This document shows, piece by piece, positions 14,452 to 27,278 of a DNA stretch of 64,000 nucleotides. Made by a program: the position numbers and the translations under genes. The stretch covers positions 2,883-66,882 of the forward strand of contig CAXIUT010000042.1 of the NCBI GenBank assembly GCA_964035545.1, read 5' to 3'. Source of the stretch: Bugula neritina (taxonomy: Eukaryota > Animalia > Bryozoa). How positions within the stretch are numbered: the stretch's first letter is position 1; each line of letters opens with the position of its first letter. Below the pieces are notes generated by a model that was given only the letters and a program-made list of their open reading frames with translations, did not search any database and was not told the origin of the DNA.

Positions 14452-15601
14452 ATGAGTTACCAGAATGAAAAAATTGGAATGATGGATGATGCCTACTTTG
14501 TGTCTCGAGGAGACATTCTAAAATGGCTTAATGACTTACTACAAGTACATCTATGCTTAAATAGTTAAATCTTACTAAGATTGAGCAGTTAGGATCAGGT
14601 TCTGTTTATTGTCAAGTTATCGATGTTGTTCATCCTGGAAAGATAGCGATCAACAAAGTTAATTGGAAAGCTAAAAATGACTACGAGTTTATCAGCAACT
14701 TCAGACTTCTTCAAGATTCCTTCAAAAAAGTCGGTATTCAACGCTATGTTGAAGTATCATTAGACTAAAGTAGGTTTAAAAATTAGCAAAAGCCAAGTAC
14801 CAGGATAATCTTGAGTTTGCACAGTGGCTCAAAAGATACTATGACTTGAATTGTGGAGATAGAGGAAATAATTATCTTGCCTAAGAAAGAAGAGGAGGAT
14901 ATACACCTAGTTTTGGATTTGCATAAAAAGTTGTTGTCCCTAAAACCTATAACGCTAGTGGAGCAATTATTCCGAAAAAATAATCACCTCCTAAAAAGAA
15001 ATAGGCTGAAATAATACCCAAAAAAACAGCTGTAACAACATCATCTCGACCTTCAACAGAAGTTTCTAGTAAACCAATTAAAAAAATTGAGAAAAAAGAA
15101 GATTATGGAAGTCCTAAAGCTAAAGATAGATAAAAAATAAGATAAGAATTTGGTAATAATAATAGAGTAGTTCAATAAAATCAATAATATAAGGAAAAAG
15201 AGGAAAACAGAGAAAGATAAAAGCTTCTCGAAGATTTAATGAATAAGTAGCGAGACGCTATATAAATGGAAAGAGGTGAATTATAAAAACAGAAAGCTAA
15301 ATTATAAAGACAGAAATAAAAAATATAAATATAAAGATAAAAGATATAAGTTTAGAAACAAATGATTGAGAGATAAAAAATTAAACTAGAGGAGAAAGGA
15401 GGAGAAGAAGAGAGTTACCGATAAAAAAGTGAAGAAAGATAAAAATAGTTATTGAGCAAGATGAAGGATATGGAAGACAAGTTAATGATGGTTGCTGAAA
15501 TAGTTAAATCTGAAGATCATTCCGAACTGAAAGTGCAGATGATATCTGAAGTAATTAAAGTACAGATGAAAGTTGAGGCATAATAAGAGTAAACCTTCTG
15601 A
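14452..15601 (+). CDS. EB1: EB1 microtubule end-binding protein
   Basis: CH domain (YFVSRGDILKWLN, KIEQLGSGSVYCQ, KYQDNLEFAQW); acidic EAEEEETF tail; introns 14545-14564 and about 14754-14773. Confidence 0.92.
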
Positions 15602-15733
15602 TTAAAATAGTTCATATAAATAATCATTAAATATCAAGACCTTCATTTATCAAAAATTTATTCCAAAATAAATTCAAATAATCAAGATAGATAAATCAAG
15701 AATTGTCTTTCAAATGACAGTTATAAGGTTAAA

Positions 15734-16807
15734 ATGAAAAAAGTAACAAATAATTTCCGAAAATGTGCCCATTGTCCGCATCACCGCCTGCTTGAACAAA
15801 AGTGTTGCTGCCAAAGAAGTACCACTGTGACACGAATACGTCCAGTTACTTCTAGGAATAAGAAATAACCCTCTACGATTGACAACTCAGTTGTAAATAC
15901 AACTGTCCCCACTATAATTGCTGAATTTTCTGCTCTACGCACTTAGAATAATCATTTAAAGAGAGAATTACTTAATGTATCTACTTTTCTCAAAGATGAT
16001 ATCCCACAAAGCTCTCCTTCTCCTGATATTTCTCTCAATGAAAAATTATTTTTGTCCAATAAGAATCTCAAAGAAGCTTTACTTGAAATCGATGATCTTT
16101 CAAGAGCAAACAAATAATTATGTGAGAGAAATTCATATCTCATTTAACAAAATGAAGGATTTAAGATTCAGTTGTCTTAAGTCGAAGAATATCTCGATAA
16201 ATATAAGAAAAAGTACAAGAAAATGATTAAATAACAAGAAAAAGAAACTTTTAAAGAAGAAATAGAACATTTATTTCAAAGAAATCTTTAATTAGAAGAT
16301 GAAACTAAAAAATTAAAAGAAGAAGTTAGATGTTTAAAGTACTAGAATAATAATTATAATATGTTAGGAGGATTATCACCCTAATGGGTAGCTCATACTG
16401 GAAATAAAATGAGACAAGAGCAGCATCCTAAAGTTTAATAATAACCTAAATAAGATATAGAAGTTTGGAAAAAAAGTCTTTCAGAGACAATTAACCTTTT
16501 AAAAAATTAAGGAACTCATTTTAACTATTCAATGAATGATCAAAACAGTTTGAATAGATTCCATAATTTGTTATAACAACTACTTTCAAGCTATTCATAG
16601 TCGATTCTTGGATATTATCAACTTGTGATAAAGGAAATCGCTAGAAAAGTGAGTAATTACGAGAAAAAAGTTGATAATTTATTTTCTAAGTTAGAAAATG
16701 TTGTGATATCACTGGGAAATAAGCAACTTAAAAATAAAATGAATCCCATAACTCAAATGAAAACTGAGCGGGTACCTATTCTTGATATTACTAATCGCAT
16801 TATATGA
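15734..16807 (+). CDS. Hypothetical coiled-coil protein with Cys/His N-terminus
   Basis: Single TGA-free frame of 357 aa. Confidence 0.6.
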
Positions 16808-16836
16808 ATTAAAATTTCTTACTTCTTGTAAAGTTA

Positions 16837-18605
16837 ATGAATTATTATTTGGAGGCAAGGCAATGGTTGCGTAACGGAGTCTCTTTCGAAGAGTTTTAAG
16901 ATAAACTACCAGAATCCCTAAAGGAAAAGGGATTGCTTTCACTACTGGTAGGTGCCACGATGTAGCAAGGATTGGAACCCTTCGAAAAATACTTGCAATT
17001 GCTCTTGAGGTAGTCTTTTCTTCAAAAAAGATAGGCAAGGAGCAGACCTTAATTACTGCCAATACCAAAGTAAAACCATCATTAATGGAGTGAAAATGAG
17101 TCTACTTATGTTTGCTTGCAAAAAATCAAAGGCCCTAACAGTCAAAGCTTTCCTGCTCAACTCAGCTATCCAAGTCTATCACCGTGATCAAAATGGCAAA
17201 AATGCTATTCATTATGCTATTTAAAATCAAGAAGAGGAAGAAGGGTAAATGATTGTAAAACAATTAATGGATTAATTTCCGTTGCTGGTAATTATAAGGA
17301 TATCTAGAAAGAAATGGGAAATTATCCCAAAGGAAATTATCTTACTCTAGCCATCAGAGAAGGAAAAATTCAAATTCTTAGTACTCTTATCGAAAAGGAC
17401 CTTGATCCTAATTTTAGATCTTTAGAAGGTAACCGTAACTCAAGTTAGGTTTAGGGGCTTTGCATGAGACTGTAAGAGCACACAGAACTCACAAGAACAA
17501 GGAATTGACTTTAGAAACTCTTAGAATTTTATTAGATTCTGGTTGTAAATAAGAAGAAAAAAATGATGAAGGACAAACATACATGGATTATGCTAAATAA
17601 AAGGGATACTTATTATAGGCTGATATCGATGAGATTTTAGAATAAATGAGTAGTCAAACTCCTAAAGCAACAATTTAGACATCTCCTGAAGATAAACATC
17701 AGGAAAATTTTTCTATTTATTCTTAATAAAACTCAGACGCCTCATCAGAATAAATAATTGATGAATAAACAAATCATTACGAGATATCAACTGAAATGTA
17801 CCAATGGGCTTCATGTATTTAAGAAGAATATAGACGCACTTGGGGTATTCTTTAACCTTTCTATAATTAAATTTTAAAAATAGTTCAAGAAGAAAATGGC
17901 TACATTTAAATAATTGGCTCCTTTGCGAGTAAACTTTGGATTCCTTCGAGTGATATTGATATTTTGCTTATTGTCCCTGATGGAGGAGATCCAGTAGTTT
18001 TTGATAATATTACTTAATACCTCTTCAGTAAGATCACAAAATTAAGATTCCATAGTTCTATTAGACTCGTAAGAACTTATAAGTTACCATTAATAAAGCT
18101 GATTCTCGCAGAGTAATTTTAAAGATTAGATATTGAGTTATTTATATCAAATAAAAAGAACATTGCTTCTAGATATGTAAGTTTTTCAAATGAAGTAATG
18201 AGCTATTATCCGGAAATATCAATTATTTACTATGTTTTAAGACGTCTTCTTTCATTTAGAAGATTGCATGATCATAGAACTGGGGGATTTAAGGCTTATG
18301 CCCTTTTTCTTTTAATCTATTCAATGCGTATTCAGTATCAATATCCCTATGTCTCTCAATTTGTTGAGCATTTCTGTTATTACTACGGTCTTGCTTTCTA
18401 GTATAAATCATAGGTTGATAGGCTCGGAAATCTTAGTTATCATATTAATATCACTGATCCACTTAATAGTTAGAATAATATGGGAGGAAAAAGAACAGAT
18501 ATTTTGGCAATACAAGAAACTTTTAGTAAAATATATTTCGCCATTAATACACACAATAATGGCAGCAAGATGGGCTATATTGAAGAGATATTGAAGTACA
18601 TTTGA
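16837..18605 (+). CDS. Ankyrin-repeat + Trf4/TENT-type non-canonical poly(A) polymerase / terminal nucleotidyltransferase
   Basis: Ankyrins (DQNGKNAIHYAI, GLGALHETV); GSFASKLWIPSSDIDI; LPLIKL; TGGFKAY; ITDPLNSENNMG; two introns. Confidence 0.85.
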
Positions 18606-18811
18606 ATTGATTTTTACTACTTATGATCATTTAATAATAGAAAAAATAAATAAATATATTGATGATTTGTATAAAAAGATTCAATAAATAATAAAATAAA
18701 ACAGGATAGTTTTCATTTTAGAGTTTATTATTTATTTGTTTGTTATCCTAAATAACTGATTAAATTATTAAAGGCATCAACTCATCAGGTTTATTGTAAT
18801 AAATCTTATTG

Positions 18812-19555
18812 ATGATCGGGGACTACTAACTACAACAGTTTATCGACCAAGTTTTCAGCAAATACGATCGAGACCGCAGTGGGACTCTCGATAGTAATGA
18901 ATTGACCAACTTCTTTAATGATGTCTTCTCTCAAATGGGTAATGGAACTAGATTCAATCAGCAACAATCTATGAATGCACTAAAAGCTATTGATCAGAAT
19001 TCTGACGGTAAAGCAAGCAAATCTTAACTCTATCAAGCCTTTAAACAAATCCTAGTGCAACAAGGAAAATTCAAAGGTGGACAAGGAGGACAAGGAGGCT
19101 TCGGACAACAGGGAGGTTACGGTCAACAAGGTGGATATGGTCAACAGGGAGGTTATGGACAACAAGGAGGACAAGGTTATGGTCAACAAGGAGGTTATGG
19201 TCAACAAGGAGGTTATGGTCAACAGGGAGGACAAGGAGGCTACGGTCAACAGGGGGGACAAGGAGGATATGGTCAACAAGGAGGTTATGGACAACAGGGA
19301 GGACAAGGTTATGGGCAACAAGGAGGTCAACAATGGGGCCAGCAAGGCGGTCAACAACAAGGAGGTCAGCAATGGGGACAGCAAGGTGGCCAACAGCAAG
19401 GAGGTCAATGGGGTCAACAGGGAGGTCAACAACAAGGAGGTCAGCAATGGGGACAGCAAGGCGGTCAACAAGGAGGAAGCAAATGGGGTCAACAAGGTGG
19501 TCAACAAGGAGGTCAGAGTGGATGGGGAGGACAACAGCAAGGAGGATGGAAATGA
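18812..19555 (+). CDS. Two-EF-hand protein with Gly/Gln/Tyr/Trp low-complexity tail
   Basis: [12 protein letters not shown] and [12 protein letters not shown] (TAA=E at loop position 12), then GGYGQQ and GGQQWGQQ repeats. Confidence 0.88.
19075..19550 (+). repeat. Coding tandem repeats (GGYGQQ)n then (GGQQWGQQ)n
   Basis: Degenerate 15-27 nt repeats visible in DNA. Confidence 0.9.
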
Positions 19556-19637
19556 TTGCCTTCTTATTTGATTCCAATATCTGTATAAATGAAAATAAAA
19601 ACAAATAATGTTTTAATCATAAACAAGTAATATTATA

Positions 19638-20331
19638 TCAAGTAGATTTTTTATTTCTAAGGTTGATTAGATTTAAATTAGTCAAGGGTCTACCTAAAAG
19701 GACATAGTCTAAAGTTTCCTCGTAGTCAGCTACATTTTTAAATTAATTTTTGTTAAGATTAATCCATATTTTTCCTATTCTAGTCAATTAAAAACGAGTG
19801 AAATCAGCAAACCCAGGAACAGGTTCTTGGAACTCAGATATATTAAAACTTTAACTTTGTGGCTTCTAAGTAGATAAAAAGTAACCCAAAAAGCATTGTA
19901 GAATTCTACATGAATAGTTTCAAAGTCATTCTGGATGTATATTCGATGCACAATTCTTTTGGAGTATATTTGTAAAAAGCTTAACATGAGGTAACCTAGC
20001 CCAGTCACCAAACCAAAAGATATCAGATTTATTTTGCCAAAAACTAAATTTATATTAATTTACTTGGAGTAGATGCTTCTAACCCAAACAATATTCCATT
20101 TATGAAAGTTAGGGTGGTTAAGTATCTTACTAATTTTCTTAATGTATGTTATCCAGTTTTATATTCATAAATTTTACATCTTCCCTCAGGATCAAAAACT
20201 AATTTAGATATTTCAGAAGGTTTGTCAAGTACCTTGTACTTTTTACCTTTTTCAGTTGACAAATAACATCCTAAAGCTGTTTTTCTTAAAGACAAAGATA
20301 AGGTTTTCCAAATATTAACTCGGTTGATCAT
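19638..20331 (-). CDS. Two-TM mitochondrial membrane protein (TMEM70/186-like)
   Basis: Basic presequence-like start, two TM helices, RIVHRIYI..IHVEFYNAF; two 20-nt introns. Confidence 0.55.
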
Positions 20332-20470
20332 CAATTGCTATTATTATTAACTATTTAGTCCTTAAAATTAATTAATTAAAGTAATTTAAGCGAATTTATT
20401 TTAATTCTTATTTTAGTTGAGATGATATATTATTTGCAAGTGATATAATTTGAATATTGTTTAAATCGAA

Positions 20471-21948
20471 ATGGTGCAATTTGCTTTAAAAGTAGGGAAA
20501 TAAAACTTCTAGGTCTAACACACTGCTGAAGAAAATTGGGTTGACTTCCAAGCTAAAGTTTTTGCTATCACTGATATTCCTCCCAAAAATATGAAAATTC
20601 TTTGCAAAGGTAAAATGATTAAGGTACTCTTTTTTTCAAATTAGGACAATCAAGCTCTTCTGGCTTTACCTGGATAAAGTGTTTTAGTAGTGATGGGAAC
20701 AAAAGCAGGAAAGGAACTAAAGGCTACAGGTTAGATAAAGGCTTAGATGGAAATCTAGTAACCAGGAAAGATTCCTCAGAGATATGGTTTAGTTAACGTT
20801 GGAAATACTTGTTATATGAATTCAGCTATCCAACTACTAAGAAGCATTCCATAGCTTAATTTTGAACTTAAAAGATATATGCCAAATGTATTTCATGATT
20901 TACTTTAGGCACATGGAGAGGAGAAAATTCTAACAAAATCTTTGGGCAAAATATTTGCAGCACTTGAATCTCAGGATTTAACTCCTGAATAATTTGTAGC
21001 GATATTTTTGCAGACACATGAAGCTTATCTACCTCTAGGAACTCAGCATGATTCAGATTAGTTCATGCAGGAACTTCTAGCTATTATAACTAAAGCTAGT
21101 CCTGAATTAGACAAAGCTGTGAAATCTTTATTCGAAATTTAGTTTGTAGATGTAACTAAAAACACTTAACTTGAAGAAGAGGCGAAAATATAAATATCTA
21201 CTTCGAATAAAATGTGTTGTAACATTGGAGGTATGGAAAAAGAACTTAAAATAGGCTCTTTAAATGAAGGATTAAAGTTGAGTCTATAAACTAAATTAGA
21301 AAAGATGAGTTAAATTGATAATGCAAATCATATTTATCAAAAAACAACTAGATTTAACAATCTTCCAAACTACTTGCTTCTTCAAATGGTTAGATTCTTT
21401 TGGAAAAAAGCTGATGATCTACCTCATGCTAAACCTACTGCAGCTAAAATATGCAAATCCATTAATTTTAGTCATCAAATTGATATTTTTGATTTCTGTA
21501 CAGAAGCTCTTCAATAAAAATTAAAAGCAGGTAGAGCTGCTCTTTAATAAAGTAAAAATCTAGAAGAGATTGAGTACAAGAAAAAATACGAAGAATATAA
21601 ATAAAGCTTTTAAAGTAATCATGATTTAATTAAGAGAGTAATCGTCCTGAAAAACGAATCATGGAATAATTCAAGGAAAAATGGAAGAGATAACAGAAAA
21701 GAGTCACTTAAGGACTTGAAACAGGATATTATGAACTTGTTGGAACAGTTACTCATTTGGGAAACTCAGTTGAGAGTGGTCACTATATGGCTTGGATCAA
21801 AGAAAACGATGAAGACTGGACTAAGTATGATGACAATACTGTTTATCAACAACCTGGTGACAAAGTTCTTTATTTAAAAGGAGGTCAACCTAACTTGGAG
21901 ATTGCATATGTTTTACTATTCAGAAAAGTATTTGTTAAGCCTATATGA
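20471..21948 (+). CDS. USP14: Proteasome-associated deubiquitinase USP14/Ubp6
   Basis: N-terminal UBL, GLVNVGNTCYMNS, QHDSDE, QMVRFFWK, GHYMAW, YDD; two introns. Confidence 0.9.
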
Positions 21949-22381
21949 TATTCATTTGACAGTGTATCTCACAATATAATTTGTTATTTTATCATCATCT
22001 TGATTCTTTTTCTTTTTTAATGTTTTTTTTTTTTAATTTTCTAGGTCTATCATGACGTTTAGTTTTACAAAATAAAGTTATTTTTAATGACTCAAAATAA
22101 TTTTTTACCGGAAAAAATATTAAATAGAAATGTTTTAACATAAAAATAATTGACTAATGCAATTTTTTCAAACAAAAAAAAAAAGGAATATTTTAATCTT
22201 TTTTAAAAAAAAAACATAAAAAATTCATCACAGGCAGAATAGAATAACTCAATTTTGCTATAAATAAACTTAATATCTCATTTTGATGTCTTGAAAAATA
22301 ATTGAACTTGAGAAACTGAAGGAAGTTCAATATGACTTAAATGTAGTAAATTAACATAAGATTTAATAATATTTCAAACCT

Positions 22382-22669
22382 ATGAAACAATTCAAGCTTG
22401 TTCATGTTAAAGAAGATGAATTCTTTGAAGGAGATTGGGATCTTGTATTACCTCTTTGTCAACAAGAGCATCATGGCAAATTTATTAACCCTAGAGTGCA
22501 TGAAGCTTTCTCCAAACATGAAGGTCATCACGACAGAAAATATTTTGTACATGTTGCCACTGGACCTCATCATGCTTCTGATAACTGGACTGTAAAATTT
22601 GAAGTTAAAGGTCACAAGGCTTAATTGGAAAAAATTGAACCAGGATTCAACTCATACCTGAACGAATGA
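22382..22669 (+). CDS. Small His-rich protein, possibly cystatin-fold
   Basis: 95-aa ORF; TAA at 22622 read as Glu. Confidence 0.65.
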
Positions 22670-22725
22670 TTGTTGTAGAATATAATCTTTTAAAATAATC
22701 AAATTATACTACTAATTCACACTCT

Positions 22726-23415
22726 TCATAAATTAATTAAGGCCTGATTATGATTCTCATTGTTGCAGATAGTATCTAATTGTTCAAGTTATTCTTCATG
22801 ATGTCTTTTATATTTAGTTTTTCGTCTTTGTTAGAATATCATCTTTGTTTTTGTTTGAATGTACTTAACTTTCAATATGATAAGTAATTCTTTGAGGTTT
22901 TAGAAGTATATTTTAACTCTTTCTTTTATCTTTTCCAGACCTAACAAAATGAACGATAATTTACGATTGATCGATAGTAATTTATGTTTTTCATGCTCTA
23001 TTTATTCAGGTTAATTATTTTTAATTTTCAAAATTAATTTTTGATGAAGCAAATGCAAAGAATATTGTTTTTAATTGAGTTAAGCTCGATTTTAATAAAG
23101 TTTGCTTAAAGATATTAGTATTTACTTGATTTACATTTGTTCATACGTACTTGAATAATTCAATAATTTGTCTATTTTAGGTGCTTTTTTTGTCATAGTC
23201 TTGATACAAATATCCTTTTTTAAGTTTTATTTATTTTACTATTGTTTTTTATAGCCTTTATTTATGAGTTTTTTGTTTATTTTTTTCAGTACTTCCAATT
23301 TTAGATTTTCTTTTAGATTCCTAAGTAGACTAATTTTGTCTTGATTTCGAGAAGGACGGTCAAGGATATCTTTTAGAATCGATTTAAAGTAGTTACTGTT
23401 ATTCTGTGGCTACAT
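22726..23415 (-). CDS. Hypothetical protein
   Basis: Long K/E-rich frame from ATG 23415; intron and stop positions uncertain. Confidence 0.35.
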
Positions 23416-23609
23416 AATCTAATAAATATGAAGTAGCAGTTGATTATTGTTTAAGTTAACTTTTAAAAATTAACAATAACAAAGGTATTGTAAATACAAA
23501 ATATTTCGCTCATAAATAAATATTTAATGATGTAAAATAAATGTACAAAATAAAGAAAATAGCCTTTATTTTGATTTAAAGATAATAATAATAAGTTGAT
23601 ATATATCAA

Positions 23610-24244
23610 ATGGACAGCATAATAACTTAGAAACGTAAACTTCATCAAACTCTATTGCAATTTCCTCCTTTTTTTACGTATTAATATCTAGAATTAGACT
23701 TCAAGATCATGAAGAATCACGTCGTAAACAAATAGGATACTGGGGATAACTTATTCATACACATTGTAGATAGTATTAATTCTATTACAGAGGCACAACA
23801 TCATCAATTCTTCAGTTCACTAGATTTGGAACCTACCTCTTCTAGAAGATAGATCTACTTCTATTCATAGTAACCATTTTATCATCAAGAACGATTATCT
23901 AAAGAAGATACACTTGCTGTTCTTAAAGATCTTGAAAGGTTAGGATGTGTTTAGTTTGTCATTGGATCATAAAAAATATTGATTTCACATTTTAGTCCTT
24001 ATGAAATGGCAGATGATATGTATCGTTGGGCCAAAAATAATTATCTTCTTGGAGATGTATAAACATTGCAGTTTATTACCGAAGGAGAGCATACTACCTC
24101 TAAAGAAAGTTGTCTTTTATCTATTTAGAATTCTACAAACAACCAAAAGAAATCATTTTGAAAGTAATAGATGTATTGGAAAAGCAGAATAAAGCAGCAC
24201 GTATTGAAATTGGAAATGATATTGGAGTTAAATTCTTGCAATGA
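23610..24244 (+). CDS. VPS25: ESCRT-II subunit VPS25
   Basis: QFPPFFTLQ, RRKQIGYW, PYEMADDMYRW, C-terminal GVKFL; tiny introns. Confidence 0.88.
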
Positions 24245-24339
24245 TTGATACTCTATTTGATGAAATGGAAGTTGTTATTAACTATTTTTATTCCTCATTT
24301 TTGTTAAATTTGCAAAGACTTATAATATCTTTCAACACT

Positions 24340-24973
24340 ATGATAAAAAAAAGCCTTTGTCTTATTACTGGAAATGTAGATTTAGATTGATCTAGAAAAA
24401 AAAACTTGAAGAATTCGTTCATATTCTAGGAAACTAATTCGATTTCAAGAATGAACCTATTGATCGTAAATCATATCATATTTAGTACCTGAACTTCAAG
24501 GATAACCTGAATAAATTGCAAGCTAGAAAGCAATGATTGCCTTCAAATCAGCTCAAAAGCCAGTATTAGTCTAAGATACTTCTCTTTGTTTTAATGCATA
24601 TAAAGGACTTCCTGGTCCATATGTGAAATGGTTTCTAAAAAATGTAGGACCTGAAGGACTTGCCAAAATGGTAGAACCTTTTCCGGATAAATCTGGATAC
24701 GCGATGTGTATTATCGCTTATATGAGCGGAGATCTAGAAAAACCTAAACTATTTATTGGTAAGACAGATGGAAAGATTGTCTAACCGAAAGGTAGCAGAG
24801 ATTTTGGTTGGGATCCTGTCTTTCAGCCTGATGGATTTGATAAAACCTATGCTGAACTAGATAAAGAAGTTAAAAATAAAATTTCTCATCGTTTTAGAGC
24901 TATTGATTTAATGAGAAAATACTTCAATGAATAAGAATGTAAAGACAAATTAGAAAAGAAAATAAAAGAATGA
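24340..24973 (+). CDS. ITPA: Inosine triphosphate pyrophosphatase (Ham1)
   Basis: [46 protein letters not shown]; two 20-nt introns. Confidence 0.95.
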
Positions 24974-25093
24974 TTTCTATAGTATCTGAAAATCAATTTA
25001 TTCCATTGATAAGAAAAAAAAATCTCATTTTCAGTTAACATATCAAGATAAAAGTTAATTTTATCAATATGAAACATATTAATAATAATAAGA

Positions 25094-26656
25094 ATGACCG
25101 AAATGAATTGGAAAACTTAAGAGTTGATCCAACGCACTTCTTATCGTAAACATCGGGCTCGACTAGCAGGTATTAATCATAACAATACTTCTAAGGATTT
25201 TCATTTACCTCCTAAACCAAGTGATAAGAAGGGATTACTAAATCATCAACTTAAACAATCAGAAATCAAACATTAAAATGATATTCTTCAAGTAAAAATT
25301 CAATCAATCAATAATAGAAATCATCAAGAGGCTAAATTGCTTGCTCTTAATGGACTTATGCATGAATTAAAACCGCCTGGCAATAGATATTCATAGGAAG
25401 ATGGAAAACTGGATCTCAGATCAGATTTGAGTGATGGATAGCCTGTTAGATGCATAGTTCCTCCAACTAGGCATAGAGCTTTTTCTTTTTTGCCGAAAAC
25501 AAAAGCACCTATCAGAGTAGAAACAAATACAAAAAATGTACGTAGATCAAAATATTTGGCTCAACAGTAGACTTTCATAAATTTAAGCAGTAGTCAGCAA
25601 CATAGTAGTCTTGGCAAAAAAGATAAAGACTAATGTTTTTATCTGCCAGAAAGAAATGAAGAAAGATAAGTGCTATATCAGAAAACAATCATTATCTCTA
25701 CAACTGAATCTTGTCTTTATGAGTTGTCTTTATTAGGATAAAGAATGCTTATTACTGCAAGAGTTATGGGGCAGAATAAATAGTGTCTAAAGGAGTTGCT
25801 TTCTGTCAAAAGAAGTAAAATTATCTTGAAAGAATATAATAGTCGATGGTAGGAATTTATTTCAAGACTATCCATTGAAAATAAAAATCGAATTATTATC
25901 AAATAACAAGAGAAATAACTCAAAGAAAGAGTTAGTCCAGAGGAAAGAACAAGAATCAAGAAAAAGCTACAAGATTAATTTATTCATAGAAATTTTTACT
26001 CGATCAAAAAAGATTAATAGCAAATGTCAAATTAAAGTCTAAACAAACCAACCATTTCCACTTCAAAAATGGAGTCTCTTATTTAAAGACTTACTGCATC
26101 TAAAGCTTCAAATAAATATCAGCATATATCTGAGGAGCCACACCCAAATAAAAAAATTATTTCTTTTTATAAAGGTTCAAGTATAAGAAAAAGCCCAGAG
26201 AAACTTTAGTCAAAACAATAATCAAGATGTGAGGAAAAACAATCATCCAAACAATAATCTAGGCATGAATAAATAAAATAAAAAGAAAAAAGTCAAGAAG
26301 AATAATTAAAATCTGAATTCATCAAATAAGATTAAGAACAAGAATAAGAGATGGTATAAGAAGATAACTATGAATAAGAATTTGAGAATGGTTCAGGTAT
26401 TGCTAAAAGTAGTCCTCGACCAAGTTAAAAGAATAGATCATTTCTTTCTCAAAAGAATAAGGATATTAATAAATCTTTAGTAAAAAGTGGAAATAACTCA
26501 AATATTTACTAAGAAGATTATGAGGCATCATTTCAATAGGGTTCTCATTTAGATAGTAGCAAAAGAGAGGATATTAACAAAAATAAAAATTACAACAAAT
26601 CAACTCTTAACCAAGAAAAAGTAGAATAAGAATACCCTTAATAGTATTAAAACTGA
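25094..26656 (+). CDS. CFAP97/Hemingway-like domain protein with low-complexity tail
   Basis: YRKHRARL...EIKHENDILQVKIQSI; 520-aa single frame. Confidence 0.55.
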
Positions 26657-26739
26657 TCTTTTTCTTTAAAGTATATATATACCTTACTATTAAATTAAAA
26701 CTTTATCAAGTCTATTATTTACAAATAATTTTCTTCTAA

Positions 26740-27212
26740 ATGTAAAGTTTCGACTAAAAGAAACAAAAAAGACCATTTACATCTCAACTAGTATTTCTAA
26801 AAATATCCAGGTTAAAAGACAACATTCTCTAAAAGATAAGGAAAATGGATTTATTCTGGACTGCACTAAGTCTTCTCTTTCCCGATTGCCACAATACAAT
26901 CATAATCAGCATCATAAATAAAAACCTTATTTATCCTTCTTTTCAAATCCAACTAGTAAAATAATTGAGAAAGTAAATCTAGGATAAAGAAAAATTAGTA
27001 AATAAAAATTTCAGAACTTCTTGGTTCAAAAGTTTAATTGCCTCAACATGACCTATCTATAAAGTTAGGAGAAAAAAGAACCACAATCATACTTAAAGAC
27101 ATAATATTGTAGTTTGCATAAAGAAAAAACTTCATTTAGAGATAAATAGAATGTATTTTTCTCACGGAAGTTTAAATGTTATGAGAAGAGAATAAAACGG
27201 TAACTACAATGA
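26740..27212 (+). CDS. Hypothetical protein
   Basis: ATG, 20-nt intron gtatttctaaaaatatccag, open frame; 3' end uncertain. Confidence 0.35.
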
Positions 27213-27278
27213 TAATTTAAAATTGATTTAATTTGATATTTTAATCTAGGTAGCAGTCGTAAAGTTAAGTTGTAATGA

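Noticed and set aside
19075-19550. CRISPR-like array
   Set aside because: No unique spacers; in-frame coding repeats in a eukaryotic gene
19052-19608. Overlapping alternative-frame and antisense ORFs
   Set aside because: By-products of the stop-poor G/Q repeat; only the frame continuous with the EF-hands is supported
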